Notes: generated by a model not told the origin, from the letters alone. DNA of 64,000 bases from Candidatus Bathyarchaeia archaeon (GCA_038727135.1 JAVYWL010000002.1:192001-256000); one strand, 5' to 3'; shown: positions 18,229 to 28,290, counted from the first letter of the stretch. Numbers and translations: made by a program.

Positions 18229-21200
18229 GTGACCGCCAAATTCCAAGCTAGTTTTGAAAAAACGTTGAGCATGGACTACCGCCCGCTTGAAATTGAAAGA
18301 GAAATCCGCGAGTTCTGGGAGAAAAACCGCATAAGACAAAAACTCATGGAGTACCGCGAGAAAAACAACGTGGGCGTTTCCGGATGGGTTGAGGGACCAC
18401 CAACACTGAACGGCATACCCCACGTGGGACACGCCAGAGGACGTGTAATGAAAGACTTACGTTTCAGATGGAAGACTATGCAAGGCTATTTTATGCCTTT
18501 CTGGGCGGGTTGGGACTGCCAAGGCTTGCCAGTGGAGCTTGAAGTTGAAAAATTGTTAGGCGTCAAAAACAAACGCGAACTCCTAGAGCGTGTTGGCGAA
18601 GAACGCTTCATAGAAGAGTGCAAGAAAACCATAATGCGTTATCATAAAGAGTGGGTTGAAGCTGACCGAAAACTCGGCATATTCATAGACCAAGAAAAAG
18701 CCTACTGGACCTATTTAGACAGCTACATAGAACGGGAGTGGCAGTACCTCAAGCGAGCTTGGGAGCAAGGCTTGCTTGAAGAGGGCTACTATGTTGTTGC
18801 CTACTGCCCCGGATGCCAAACAAGCCTAAGCAGCGCCGAGGTTGGCTACGAAGGCTCATATGTTGAGGTTGAGGACCCGTCCCTTTACTTCAAGTTTAGG
18901 GTGGCGGGAAGCCAAAACGAGTACTTCCTAATATGGACGACCATGCCCTTCACAGTGGTCACAGACCTGATGCTGGCAGTCCACCCAGAAGCCGAGTATG
19001 CAAAAGTCCAGGTTGGCGATGAAAAGTGGATAATGGTGAGGCAGCGTGTCGAACCAGTAATGCAGGAGCTTGGCATAAAAGAATATGCAATAACCGAAAC
19101 AGTTTCGGGCAAAAGCCTTGAAGGCGTAAAGTACGATTACCCGTTTAAGGATTTGATTCCCAAGCAGGCGGAGCTGGATAGTCATCCCCTTGTACATAGG
19201 GTTGTATGCGAAGACTTTGTAGACGTAAACACAGCAACTGGTGTTGTGCACCTCTCGCCTGGAAACGGTGAGGAAGACTTTTTTGCAGCACAAAAGCGTA
19301 GGGTTCCAGTTTTCGCCCCCTTTGACGACGAGGTTAAGTTTACTGAGGAGGCTGGAGCCTTCAGCGGAGTTTTTGCGAGAGACGCAGACGCCATGGTTGT
19401 TGAAGAACTCCGCAAAAGAGGCTTGCTGGTTGAGGTTAAGACGATAAGACATGAGTATCCAACTTGTTGGCGCTCCCACCACAAGCTGGTTTGGCTTGCA
19501 AGAAGGGAATACTTCCTAAGAACGGATAGGATAAACGACAAGGTTTTGGAGGCAGCGGAGAAAGTCGAATATTTCTTCGAAGCTCCGAAGAACCGCTTCC
19601 TATCCTTCTTGAAAGAAGGCAAACCATGGTGCATCTCAAGGGAACGCGTCTGGGGCGCCCCACTGCCCATATGGGTCTGCGAAAAATGCGGAACAAAAAC
19701 CCTAGTGGCAAGCAAGAAAGAGCTGATTGAAAAAGCCATAGAAAAACCCCCGCCAAACTTTGAGCTCCACAAGCCATGGATAGACCGCTTAAAGATAAAA
19801 TGCGAAAAATGCGGAGGCACAATGCACAGAGAACCCTACGTTCTAGACACTTGGCACAACAGCGGAGCCTCGCCGTACGCAAGATTCACAGATGAAGAGT
19901 TTAGCAAATACGTGCCAGTAGATTTCCTAACAGAGGGCATAGACCAAACAAGGGGTTGGGCAAACTCGCTTCTACTAGAACACGTAATACTGACGGGGAG
20001 GGCTGAAGCCCCCTACAAGGCTTTCCTATTCCAAGGCTTAACCCAAGACGCTAAAGGAAGAAAAATGAGCAAAAGCCTCGGAAACATAATCGAAGTGAAC
20101 AAACTCTTGGAAAAGGCTTCAGCCGACGTCTGCCGGTTCTACCTCCTACGAAAATGCTCACCAATAGAGTTCATGAACTTCGACATAAACGAGATGAACA
20201 GACGACCATACCAGGTGCTGGCAACACTATACCACCTTAACAGGTTCTTTGTGCAAAACGCCGAATACGACAACTTCAACCCGCAAAGGCATACACTTGA
20301 ATGGGCAAAAACCAACAGCTTACTTAAAAAGCCAGACCTATGGCTACTATCAAAACTTCAAGAAGTAATTGGCAACTACACTGCAAAGCTGGAAAAATGC
20401 GAATTCAACTTAGCACTAGCGGAACTTGAAGAGTTCGTTGTTGAAACAGTAAGCCGCCTATACGTGCCAATGATCAGAAGAGAACTATGGACAGACGACC
20501 CAGAAACCCTAAACCGAAGACTAGCCATATACGCAACCCTATGGCACGTGCTAAAAACAGCCATAGCCCTCTTCAACCCCGTCACACCATTCCTAAGCGA
20601 AGCCCTATACCAGAAAATCTACAGACGCCTAGACCCGACACTACCAGAATCAGTAAACTTTGAAGAATGGCCAAAACCAAAAGAAGAATTACGCAACAAG
20701 GCCCTTGAAGAAGACTTTGAAATCCTAATGAAATGTGTCTCGCTGGTTTATTCCGCGCGGCAATCAGCAAAAATAAAGCGTAGGTGGCCCCTCAGAAAAG
20801 TTGTCATTGTAGCGCCAGAAAAAGCGTGTAAATCCATAAAAAGCCTAAACGAAGTTTTCCTCGAACTTGCAAATGTCAAAGAAGCTGAATATCACGAAGA
20901 AACACCTGAATACGTTAAAACCGAGGCTGAAAAATGGGTTTCAACCACAGAAAAAGACATAAGCGTATACCTTGACACCCACCGCGACGAGAAGCTTTTA
21001 GGCGAGGGACTAATGCGGGACATAGCCAGAAGAGTCCAATCCCTAAGAAAGGAGCTTGGCTACATGCCAACAGACATACTAAACACAGTCCAAATAGCCG
21101 GACTCGACGAGGAAAGCATAAAGCTATTAGAGCCATATTTAGGCGAAATGGCAGAACTAGTCCGAGCCAAAAAAGTTCAGCTGCACACAAGCCGAGAAGC

Positions 21201-21261
21201 CAGGGCAGAATGGTATAAATATCCATTAGACGAAAAAGAAATTTACATCGCAATAACTTAA
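18229..21261 (+). CDS. ileS: Isoleucyl-tRNA synthetase (archaeal/eukaryal type)
   Basis: GPP...PHVGH, GWDCQGLP, WTT, WCISR, EGIDQTRGW, KMSKS. Confidence 0.97.
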   Translation: MTAKFQASFEKTLSMDYRPLEIEREIREFWEKNRIRQKLMEYREKNNVGVSGWVEGPPTLNGIPHVGHARGRVMKDLRFRWKTMQGYFMPFWAGWDCQGLPVELEVEKLLGVKNKRELLERVGEERFIEECKKTIMRYHKEWVEADRKLGIFIDQEKAYWTYLDSYIEREWQYLKRAWEQGLLEEGYYVVAYCPGCQTSLSSAEVGYEGSYVEVEDPSLYFKFRVAGSQNEYFLIWTTMPFTVVTDLMLAVHPEAEYAKVQVGDEKWIMVRQRVEPVMQELGIKEYAITETVSGKSLEGVKYDYPFKDLIPKQAELDSHPLVHRVVCEDFVDVNTATGVVHLSPGNGEEDFFAAQKRRVPVFAPFDDEVKFTEEAGAFSGVFARDADAMVVEELRKRGLLVEVKTIRHEYPTCWRSHHKLVWLARREYFLRTDRINDKVLEAAEKVEYFFEAPKNRFLSFLKEGKPWCISRERVWGAPLPIWVCEKCGTKTLVASKKELIEKAIEKPPPNFELHKPWIDRLKIKCEKCGGTMHREPYVLDTWHNSGASPYARFTDEEFSKYVPVDFLTEGIDQTRGWANSLLLEHVILTGRAEAPYKAFLFQGLTQDAKGRKMSKSLGNIIEVNKLLEKASADVCRFYLLRKCSPIEFMNFDINEMNRRPYQVLATLYHLNRFFVQNAEYDNFNPQRHTLEWAKTNSLLKKPDLWLLSKLQEVIGNYTAKLEKCEFNLALAELEEFVVETVSRLYVPMIRRELWTDDPETLNRRLAIYATLWHVLKTAIALFNPVTPFLSEALYQKIYRRLDPTLPESVNFEEWPKPKEELRNKALEEDFEILMKCVSLVYSARQSAKIKRRWPLRKVVIVAPEKACKSIKSLNEVFLELANVKEAEYHEETPEYVKTEAEKWVSTTEKDISVYLDTHRDEKLLGEGLMRDIARRVQSLRKELGYMPTDILNTVQIAGLDEESIKLLEPYLGEMAELVRAKKVQLHTSREARAEWYKYPLDEKEIYIAIT

Positions 21262-21279
21262 AATTATGCGACTTAGAAG

Positions 21280-21726
21280 ATGGAGAAAGAAGAAATTATT
21301 GAAAGAGCAGTTGCAAGATTTAGGGAAGGCTACCTCTGCTCAGAGGCAATCCTGAAAACCTTTGCAGAAGCCTACGGAATAAAATGTGAGCAAATACCAA
21401 AAATTGCCACGGGATTCGGCGCCGGAATAGGTAGAGCTGGCTCACTATGTGGAGCCCTAACGGGAGCAATAATGGCATTAAGCCTAAAATATGGAAGAAA
21501 AACGTTAAATGAAAAAGAAACCTACGAGAAATGCCTAGCCAAAAGCTTACAATTTTACAGAAAATTTGAAGAAAAATTTGGAACAGTGTTCTGTCGAGAC
21601 CTAACCCAATGCGATCTAACAACGGTTGAGGGAAGACAAAAATTCAGGGAGCAACAACTAAAAGAGAAAAAATGCATAAAATATGTAGAAAGCTCCATGA
21701 GAATACTGCTGGACGTAACAGAATAG
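21280..21726 (+). CDS. C-GCAxxG-C-C family redox protein
   Basis: CSEA, GFGAG..LCGALTG, FCRDL, C-terminal Cys. Confidence 0.85.
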   Translation: MEKEEIIERAVARFREGYLCSEAILKTFAEAYGIKCEQIPKIATGFGAGIGRAGSLCGALTGAIMALSLKYGRKTLNEKETYEKCLAKSLQFYRKFEEKFGTVFCRDLTQCDLTTVEGRQKFREQQLKEKKCIKYVESSMRILLDVTE

Positions 21727-21739
21727 CTGGTGAAATAGC

Positions 21740-22132
21740 ATGAATAAGAAAGAAAAAATAAAAATCACCTTTGAATTCGGAATATCCGTTATATGCGAAA
21801 TAAGTTTTGACGAAAACCCTAAAACAGCCGAGGCTTTAATGAGGGCTTTACCCTTCGAATCGAGAGCCGAATTTTGGGGAAAAGAAATCTACTTCGAAGT
21901 CCCATTTCAAGTCGTTCCAGAAAAAGCGAAAGCCATAGTCGATTATGGTGATGTAGCCTACTGGCCTGAAGGGCCAGCCTTATGCCTCTTCTTCGGCCCG
22001 ACCTTATCAAGCCCATCACCAAACATAATAAAACCCTATAGCCCAGTAAACGTAATAGGAAAAATCCTCGAAGACCCAAAAATCCTAGAAAAAGTCAGCG
22101 AAGGCGAAAAACTAAAAGTTGAGAAGCTCTAA
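21740..22132 (+). CDS. Cyclophilin-like fold protein (DUF369/TM1367-like)
   Basis: LPFES...WGKEIYF, GDVAYWPEG.ALCLFFGPT. Confidence 0.85.
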   Translation: MNKKEKIKITFEFGISVICEISFDENPKTAEALMRALPFESRAEFWGKEIYFEVPFQVVPEKAKAIVDYGDVAYWPEGPALCLFFGPTLSSPSPNIIKPYSPVNVIGKILEDPKILEKVSEGEKLKVEKL

Positions 22133-22199
22133 GTCTCTGCTCATAAAACAATCGAAAGCCCTAAATCTATAAACTTCTCATCTCACCCAGAAACAAGCA

Positions 22200-22273
22200 G
22201 GGCCGGTAGTTCAGCTGGTATGAACGCCCGACTTGCACTCGGGAGGTCGCGGGTTCAAATCCCGCCCGGTCCA
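22200..22273 (+). tRNA. tRNA-Ala (anticodon TGC), intron-less, CCA not encoded
   Basis: Acceptor GGGCCGG/CCGGTCC with G3:U70, anticodon arm CCCGA-CTTGCAC-TCGGG, T-arm GCGGG-TTCAAAT-CCCGC. Confidence 0.97.
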
Positions 22274-22283
22274 TCATTCCCTA

Positions 22284-22796
22284 TCAAGCTTTTAGTTGGT
22301 TTAGCACAGTTTCTAGGGTCCTCAAGGCGTCTTCGATTTTGTTTTGAATCTTGTGAAGCCTCTCTTGAAGTTCGATTTTTTCTCGCCTTTCCCTTTCGAT
22401 TTCAGCTTTTAGCTTTTCAATCTCTTCTTTTGATGGTGAGACCTCAGCTTCTTTTACTATGAATGTTAGAGCTTTTTCACCTTTAAGAAGCATTTCGTAG
22501 GTTTCTCTTACAAGCTTTCCAGCCTCGGTCTTTCCGGTTAGGTGCGCCCTTACCGTCTGTTCACCTCTGCCAAGTTCGTCAGCTATTCTTGTGACCGTCA
22601 TCCCGGCTTTTTCTCTTGCAAGGGCACCAGCGGCAACAGCCAAAGAGTCTATCCACGTGATTCTATCCTTCGGGTCTGCGCTTCGCATTTTTTCGATGAC
22701 ATCTTTCCTAGACACCGTTCCTAGGAGGAGAACTGCCTCAAGCTTTTGGATGTCTTCCCTTCCCAGGGGTTTTAAGGGAACTTCTATTTCGTTCAT
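22284..22796 (-). CDS. KaiC-associated HTH regulator (COG1318-like) with coiled-coil tail
   Basis: [38 protein letters not shown]. Confidence 0.8.
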   Translation of the reverse strand: MNEIEVPLKPLGREDIQKLEAVLLLGTVSRKDVIEKMRSADPKDRITWIDSLAVAAGALAREKAGMTVTRIADELGRGEQTVRAHLTGKTEAGKLVRETYEMLLKGEKALTFIVKEAEVSPSKEEIEKLKAEIERERREKIELQERLHKIQNKIEDALRTLETVLNQLKA

Positions 22797-23554
22797 ATGC
22801 TTTCACTTCCTTCAATAAATCCTCTAGGCGTAATCCTTACAGTCTTGTCTGGATAGACAATTATACCTTTGCTTGTTATGTCGAAGGGGTGCCTCCTCAT
22901 AGAGTGCCCTGTTCCACGCATCTTCCAAACAATTATTGAACGTTTAAGCTCACCTTGAAACTCGTCTAAATCTAGCCTTATAATTCCGTCAGCGGCATGC
23001 TCAACACCCGGTCCGCCGAACCCACGGTCTGTCACACTCACTTGGGAAATGAGAAAACCTGTGCATCCTAAACCGGCGAGAACCTTTTTAATGAGCATTA
23101 ATGTTGAACGTGCCAGCATGGGCTTGGTCATATAAAGCGTTGAAACAGAGTCTATAACGACCCTCTGCGCATTTAAATCGGTAATTGCTTGGCGAATAAC
23201 ATCCAAAAAGCTTGGAACATCATCTGGGTCCTTAACGACGTAGCGTTCCCTCTTAGCTGACTCGCCAACCCCAGAGGTGAAAGCATCCACTATTGCAAAC
23301 TTCCCGTCCTGCTCATATTTTCTAGGCTCCCAACCAAAACGATCCATGTTAATCCTAACCTGAACAGGATGCTCCTCCAAAGTTACAAGAACGCCGGGCT
23401 CATCCAATCTAAAGCCAGCATAAAGAAACTGTTGACCAAAAATAGATTTGCCAGTGCCAGGCCCACCAGACAGTAGGACAATGTTCCGTCTCGGTATCCC
23501 GCCGTACAGTATCTCATTCATCCCCGGAATGCCCACATCAACACGGTCACTCAT
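22793..23554 (-). CDS. Single-domain KaiC-like ATPase (PH0284-like)
   Basis: [42 protein letters not shown]; start at MSDRV after GGAGG. Confidence 0.9.
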   Translation of the reverse strand: MSDRVDVGIPGMNEILYGGIPRRNIVLLSGGPGTGKSIFGQQFLYAGFRLDEPGVLVTLEEHPVQVRINMDRFGWEPRKYEQDGKFAIVDAFTSGVGESAKRERYVVKDPDDVPSFLDVIRQAITDLNAQRVVIDSVSTLYMTKPMLARSTLMLIKKVLAGLGCTGFLISQVSVTDRGFGGPGVEHAADGIIRLDLDEFQGELKRSIIVWKMRGTGHSMRRHPFDITSKGIIVYPDKTVRITPRGFIEGSESI

Positions 23555-23662
23555 AAAGAAACCTCCGAGAAACACGTTTATCGCTTTATTAACTGTTATA
23601 AATAAATTTTTACCCGTTAAACCGAGAGTAAAAATTTTAAAACTGCACTCTTGAAGTATTTG

Positions 23663-23733
23663 TCGGCGATGAGGATATGCTCCTCCTCTCATCAACTGAT
23701 AGAAGATGAAGAGGGGGCATACTCCTGAGCCGA
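23663..23733 (+). ncRNA. Candidate C/D-box (K-turn) small RNA
   Basis: Terminal stem TCGGC/GCCGA; C ATGAGGA 23669, D' CTGA 23696, C' ATGAAGA 23706, D CTGA 23725; TATA-like TTTTAAAA at about 23635-23642. Confidence 0.65.
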
Positions 23734-23760
23734 GACCAGAGACTTATGGCTAAAAAGGGT

Positions 23761-24702
23761 TTAAAGGATTATCTGAATTATTATTAGAGCAATTATTAGC
23801 GCTGCAAGTACTTCCATAGCCTTTTTGTTGAATTTTGTGGCATCCTCGATTTTCTTGGCATCTACAAGCTTCATAATGTAAACGGATACTGAAAGATTGT
23901 AAAGGAATATGACGTAAACTGACATCATCATTCTATCTGCAAAGGTTAAATAGCCTATTGGCGGCAAACCGCTGAGGAGGGATAAGTGGAAGGCCGTAGC
24001 CGACATAAGGGTTGTTACACCCAAGCCTATTCTCTGACCGAAGTTTTGGGGTGATATGAAGAACGTGAGAAGAGATATCGTTGTTATGACGATTATGGGT
24101 AGTACGCTTTTCACAAAGGATGACAGCATTGGGCGTCTTAATTGAATGTTAAAAATGAATCTTGAAAAAATCTCGCCGCCGTATGAGTGTTCAGTTTCTG
24201 TGGCGTTATACCCGCCTATCTCCCATCCTGCGACATTAATGGCCTCATCAACTGTCGAGTTCTGGTCTGCAATATAGCGTAGGCTTGACACGTCAAGCTC
24301 TTTATGTTCCAGTTCTATAGTGAGCGTGTGAGTTTCAAATGGGTAGTCGGTGAAGTCAAAAGTTTTTATGAAATCTCCTTTGATGCGGTATTCAACATAA
24401 CCGCGTGTTTCGTCCTCCTCTATCGGGGTGAAAGGCCCAAGCGGACCGTTTACAAACTCGAATTTCTTTACATCTGACAAACTAATTTCAGAAGAGTTAA
24501 ACTTGAACCACAAATAGAAGTCTAGGCGGTAGCTGCTCGCGGCTAAATCTACCTTTTCAACATTCACAAGCCAAACTCCAACATAAACCTTTGTTGGCTC
24601 CGTGTTTGACTCAAGGCTTTCAGCCATCGTTCGTGGGGTTGGCATCAACATCAGTGACAAGGCGAAAGCAAATATCAGCATGAGTAAATAACGCCTCTTC
24701 AA
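23761..24702 (-). CDS. Prokaryotic pentameric ligand-gated ion channel (GLIC/ELIC-like)
   Basis: Signal peptide, VYVGVWLVNVEKVD...YRLDFYLW, Pro-loop DYPFE, GWEI, pre-M1 RR, M1 LP, M2 RIGLGVTTL, M2-M3 LPPIGYLT.AD, M4. Confidence 0.88.
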   Translation of the reverse strand: MKRRYLLMLIFAFALSLMLMPTPRTMAESLESNTEPTKVYVGVWLVNVEKVDLAASSYRLDFYLWFKFNSSEISLSDVKKFEFVNGPLGPFTPIEEDETRGYVEYRIKGDFIKTFDFTDYPFETHTLTIELEHKELDVSSLRYIADQNSTVDEAINVAGWEIGGYNATETEHSYGGEIFSRFIFNIQLRRPMLSSFVKSVLPIIVITTISLLTFFISPQNFGQRIGLGVTTLMSATAFHLSLLSGLPPIGYLTFADRMMMSVYVIFLYNLSVSVYIMKLVDAKKIEDATKFNKKAMEVLAALIIALIIIQIIL

Positions 24703-24902
24703 AGCGCCTCACCAGCAGAGTTTCAATTCGAATGCCGAGTTTGATATATAAGCGTTAAGGGCGGCAAAACATCAATTTTAGCATGATTTTTATTGCTAAT
24801 AAGTATGTTTGGCTATTCCTACGGATACATTTTAAGGATTCGCTACCTTTATTTATATAAGAGGGCATTGAATAGGTTGAAGAAATACAGGAGAGCAATC
24901 CC

Positions 24903-25454
24903 ATGTCGAAAAAGGCTCCATCAAAGGACGACGCGCTTGAAGCATTAGACTTCATAATTAACGTTTTAAGGGAGCATGAGAAGGATTTAGACCGCCTCAT
25001 AAACGAGTTAGGCAAAATAACCGAGAGGCTCGGAGAGGCTGGCGAACTAAGCGGTAAAATAGAAAACGTTGAGGAACGACTCACAAATCTTCAGAATGAA
25101 ATATCCAATCTTATCTCTTACCTCTCAACATCTCACGAAACTCCGAGAACAGCCATTACTACAGCCCCAGTTCAAAAACCTCAAGTTTTCGCCGCTGAAG
25201 TTCGGGGTCCGCCAGTCATTTTACGCTGCAAACAATGGGAGGACTTTCAAACCCTAGCCCGTCAAGCCCAAGCACTTTCATTCCTATATAAGGAGGCGGA
25301 GAAAACGTTCCAAGCAGATGCCCTGAAAAATAACCAAATCATAACTTATAGCGGGGAACTCCCAAAACCCACAACTCTCCTGAAGAGTTGGCTTTCTAAG
25401 CAGCTGGATGTTCCTGAAGATAAGATTCTTGAGGGGATATTAGCCGTCGGCTAA
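24903..25454 (+). CDS. Hypothetical protein, N-terminal coiled coil
   Basis: 183-aa ORF with a TATA-like element upstream; no family recognised. Confidence 0.7.
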   Translation: MSKKAPSKDDALEALDFIINVLREHEKDLDRLINELGKITERLGEAGELSGKIENVEERLTNLQNEISNLISYLSTSHETPRTAITTAPVQKPQVFAAEVRGPPVILRCKQWEDFQTLARQAQALSFLYKEAEKTFQADALKNNQIITYSGELPKPTTLLKSWLSKQLDVPEDKILEGILAVG

Positions 25455-25553
25455 GCTTCTGTTTTGGAAGTTTGTATGTTTGTGTTATGTAGTAATGTTT
25501 TTATATTTGCATGAGTATTAAGTCTTACGATGCAGTATGGGGCGGAGGTTGAA

Positions 25554-25641
25554 GGCTGAACAGGGGCAGCCAAAATCGGTTTTTCCGTTTTCGAAGCCTT
25601 CTCCTTTCTCCTCGATGACGGAAATGGCTGCTCGTTCAGCC
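25554..25641 (+). ncRNA. Candidate structured RNA: long interrupted hairpin with pyrimidine-rich loop
   Basis: Stems GGCTGAAC/GTTCAGCC, GGGCAGCCA/TGGCTGCTC, TTTCCGTT/GACGGAAA, TCGA/TCGA; strand uncertain. Confidence 0.5.
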
Positions 25642-25697
25642 AAAAAACAATGAGAGCCCCCAAAGCCAAACCATAAAATTATGGAGGCATAATAAGC

Positions 25698-25844
25698 GTG
25701 GATGAAGGCAGAAAAGCCATAGAGAGGCTTCATGAAGAGTTTGTGAGGTTTGAGAAGGCCATGGAGGAACTACGCTTCTTAAAGATGGTGGCTCAGGACC
25801 TTAAAAGCTTTAGGAAGATGCTAAGTTTTAGGAGATACGATTAA
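25698..25844 (+). CDS. Small hypothetical helical protein, 48 aa
   Basis: GTG start about 10 nt after GGAGG: MDEGRKAIERLHEEFVRFEKAMEELRFLKMVAQDLKSFRKMLSFRRYD. Confidence 0.5.
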   Translation: MDEGRKAIERLHEEFVRFEKAMEELRFLKMVAQDLKSFRKMLSFRRYD

Positions 25845-25902
25845 GCATTATCCAAGAAGTAAAGCCTTTAAGTATTGTTGTTACTATCATTTTGGACGGG
25901 AC

Positions 25903-27327
25903 ATGGAATCTAAGTATGGAGAAATTTTCTTCTTTAACACTTTGACACGGAAAAAGGAGAAGTTTGTTCCTTTAGAGGAGGGCAAAGTTCGGATTTACAC
26001 TTGTGGTCCCACGGTTTGGGATTTTGCCCATATCGGAAACTTTAGGACCTTTGTTTTTCAAGACATTTTAAGGAGATGGTTAGAGTATCGCGGTTTTAAG
26101 GTAATACAGGTCATGAACATCACCGATGTTGATGATAAGACAATTAAGGGGGCTAGGAAGCGGAACATTCCTTTAAGAGAGTATACAGACTACTATATCA
26201 AGGCGTTTTTTGAGGATATTGAGGCATTAAACCTTGAAAAGGCTGAGTATTATCCTAGGGCTACTGAGCATATTCCAGAAATGGTTGATTTGATTAAGAG
26301 GCTTATGGAGAAGGGCTATGCCTATAGGGGAGAGGATGGCTCCATTTATTATGACATTTCAAAGTTTAAGGATTATGGGAAACTTTCAAAGTTGAAAATT
26401 GAAGAGTTGAAGCCGGGCGCAAGAGTGAAAGTTGATGAATATGGGAAGGAGGAAGCTCGCGACTTCGCTCTTTGGAAGGCTTGGGACGAAGAGGATGGCG
26501 ACGTTTTTTGGGAGACGGAAATTGGCAAGGGAAGACCCGGATGGCATATCGAATGCTCAACCATGGCAATGAAATATTTGGGTGAAACCATAGACATTCA
26601 CAGCGGCGGCGTTGACCTCATTTTCCCGCATCACGAGAATGAGATTGCTCAAAGTGAGGCTGCTACTGGCAAGCCCTTTGCCCGTTATTGGCTTCACTCT
26701 GAGCACTTGCTCGTCGAGGGTAGGCGTATGGCTAAGAGATATGGCAACTTTTACACTCTGAGGGATTTGGTGGCAAAGGGTTATGACCCTTTGGCTATAC
26801 GTTATTTGCTTATGTCCACTCATTATAGACAACAGTTAAATTTCACCTTCGAAGGGCTTGAGGCTGCAAAGGGTGCTGTTGACCGCTTAAGAACTTTTAT
26901 GCGAAGGCTTTTGGAGGCTGATGGTGAAGGTTGCGGAGAAAAAGTGAGAAGTTTGATGGTTGAAGTGCAGAGGCGTTTTGAGGAGGCTATGGATGACGAC
27001 TTAAATATAAGTGTAGCTTTGGCTGCCCTTTTCGACTTCATTAGGGATGTAAACAAGCTTATGGACGAGAACAAAATAAGCAGGCAAGAGGCTGAAGAAG
27101 TATATAATTTGATGATGAATTTTGACAAGGTTTTAGGCGTTATAGGCGAAGTTAAAGCCGAAGAAAAGTTGCCGCCAGAGGCTGAAGAACTAATTAGAAG
27201 GCGGGAGGAAGCAAGAAAAGCCAAGGACTGGGCGACCGCTGATAAGATTAGGGAGCAGCTTAGAGCTATGGGCATTATATTGGAGGATACGCCTCAAGGA
27301 GTGAAGTGGCGAATAGAAAAACGTTAG
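25903..27327 (+). CDS. cysS: Cysteinyl-tRNA synthetase
   Basis: CGPTV...HIGN, NITDVDDK, GRPGWHIECS, DLIFPHHENE. Confidence 0.97.
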   Translation: MESKYGEIFFFNTLTRKKEKFVPLEEGKVRIYTCGPTVWDFAHIGNFRTFVFQDILRRWLEYRGFKVIQVMNITDVDDKTIKGARKRNIPLREYTDYYIKAFFEDIEALNLEKAEYYPRATEHIPEMVDLIKRLMEKGYAYRGEDGSIYYDISKFKDYGKLSKLKIEELKPGARVKVDEYGKEEARDFALWKAWDEEDGDVFWETEIGKGRPGWHIECSTMAMKYLGETIDIHSGGVDLIFPHHENEIAQSEAATGKPFARYWLHSEHLLVEGRRMAKRYGNFYTLRDLVAKGYDPLAIRYLLMSTHYRQQLNFTFEGLEAAKGAVDRLRTFMRRLLEADGEGCGEKVRSLMVEVQRRFEEAMDDDLNISVALAALFDFIRDVNKLMDENKISRQEAEEVYNLMMNFDKVLGVIGEVKAEEKLPPEAEELIRRREEARKAKDWATADKIREQLRAMGIILEDTPQGVKWRIEKR

Positions 27328-28115
27328 CGTAACTCTTTTCCATGCATATTCCATTCTATTGTTGCATATTTTTCTATGCAGAGTTTTTCAGTTAGCTTTT
27401 TTTCATAATTTGTTAAATCATCTTTTTCAAGCGTTGCCTTTAGCGCCTTTTGGAAGCCTTCAATTAGGGCTTCGTGCACTGTAGTGAGCGGAATTTCTCT
27501 TCCAAGCTCCGCCTTTATAGATGTTATCTTGTTTTTTGCTATGCTTACAACTTCCATGCATGTTTTTGCCCATGGAACCCTTATGAATGTGAACATCTTT
27601 TCGAGGTTAACGTCTACAAGTATTGTGCCATGTTGCAGGACTACGTCGGATTTGTGGCACTGGGCGCTTCCAGAAATTTTCTTCCCATTTATTGTTAGGT
27701 TTGGGCATGCCCTTGCATCGCCCTCATTAAAATCTGCTTTCAGCCCTAAAATTTTTAGGGCTTCAACTATGCCGGCGTAAATTTTTGCATAAACCTCTGT
27801 TATGTCCTTGGCGCCTAAATCCTCTTTGCTTGCGACTACACTGTAGGTTATTTCGCCTTCTGCGTCATGGTAGACTGTGCCTCCGCCAGTTACCCGCCTA
27901 ACAACGTCCACGCCATACCTTTGACAATTTTCGAGATAAACTTCATTTTCTATTTTTTGAAATCGCCCAATAGACACTGCCGAAGGTTTCCAACGGTAAA
28001 ACCTTACAGTGTTAGGCGCCAACCCTTTTGTTCTCGCCTCCAATATGGCTTCGTCTACTGCCATGTTCATGTAGGCGTTATGGGTTTGAAACTTTAGCAG
28101 TCTCCAATCAGCCAT
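27324..28115 (-). CDS. lplA: Lipoate-protein ligase A catalytic domain
   Basis: NMAVDEA, RRVTGGGTVYHD, KISGSAQ, LQHGT. Confidence 0.88.
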   Translation of the reverse strand: MADWRLLKFQTHNAYMNMAVDEAILEARTKGLAPNTVRFYRWKPSAVSIGRFQKIENEVYLENCQRYGVDVVRRVTGGGTVYHDAEGEITYSVVASKEDLGAKDITEVYAKIYAGIVEALKILGLKADFNEGDARACPNLTINGKKISGSAQCHKSDVVLQHGTILVDVNLEKMFTFIRVPWAKTCMEVVSIAKNKITSIKAELGREIPLTTVHEALIEGFQKALKATLEKDDLTNYEKKLTEKLCIEKYATIEWNMHGKELR

Positions 28116-28290
28116 TTTGGAAGGCTCCACGCATCTGCATCAACTTATGTGTTTCATGTTTTAGAAAATTTCTGTTTTGGAGCTTTTCTAAGCCAATACA
28201 AGCCTCCCCTTTCTAGTTTTGATGGTTTCTGTCTCGTTCAGTTTAAATATTAGATGTGTGATTACACGTAGCGAGAGGAAAACGTAGGCT

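Noticed and set aside
23665-23700. Fluoride (crcB) riboswitch suggested by GGCGATGAGG
   Set aside because: The required pseudoknot and 3' motifs are missing and no downstream gene lies on that strand; a C/D-box layout fits better
22200-25500. Element integrated at tRNA-Ala
   Set aside because: No integrase and no duplicated tRNA 3' end seen in the window
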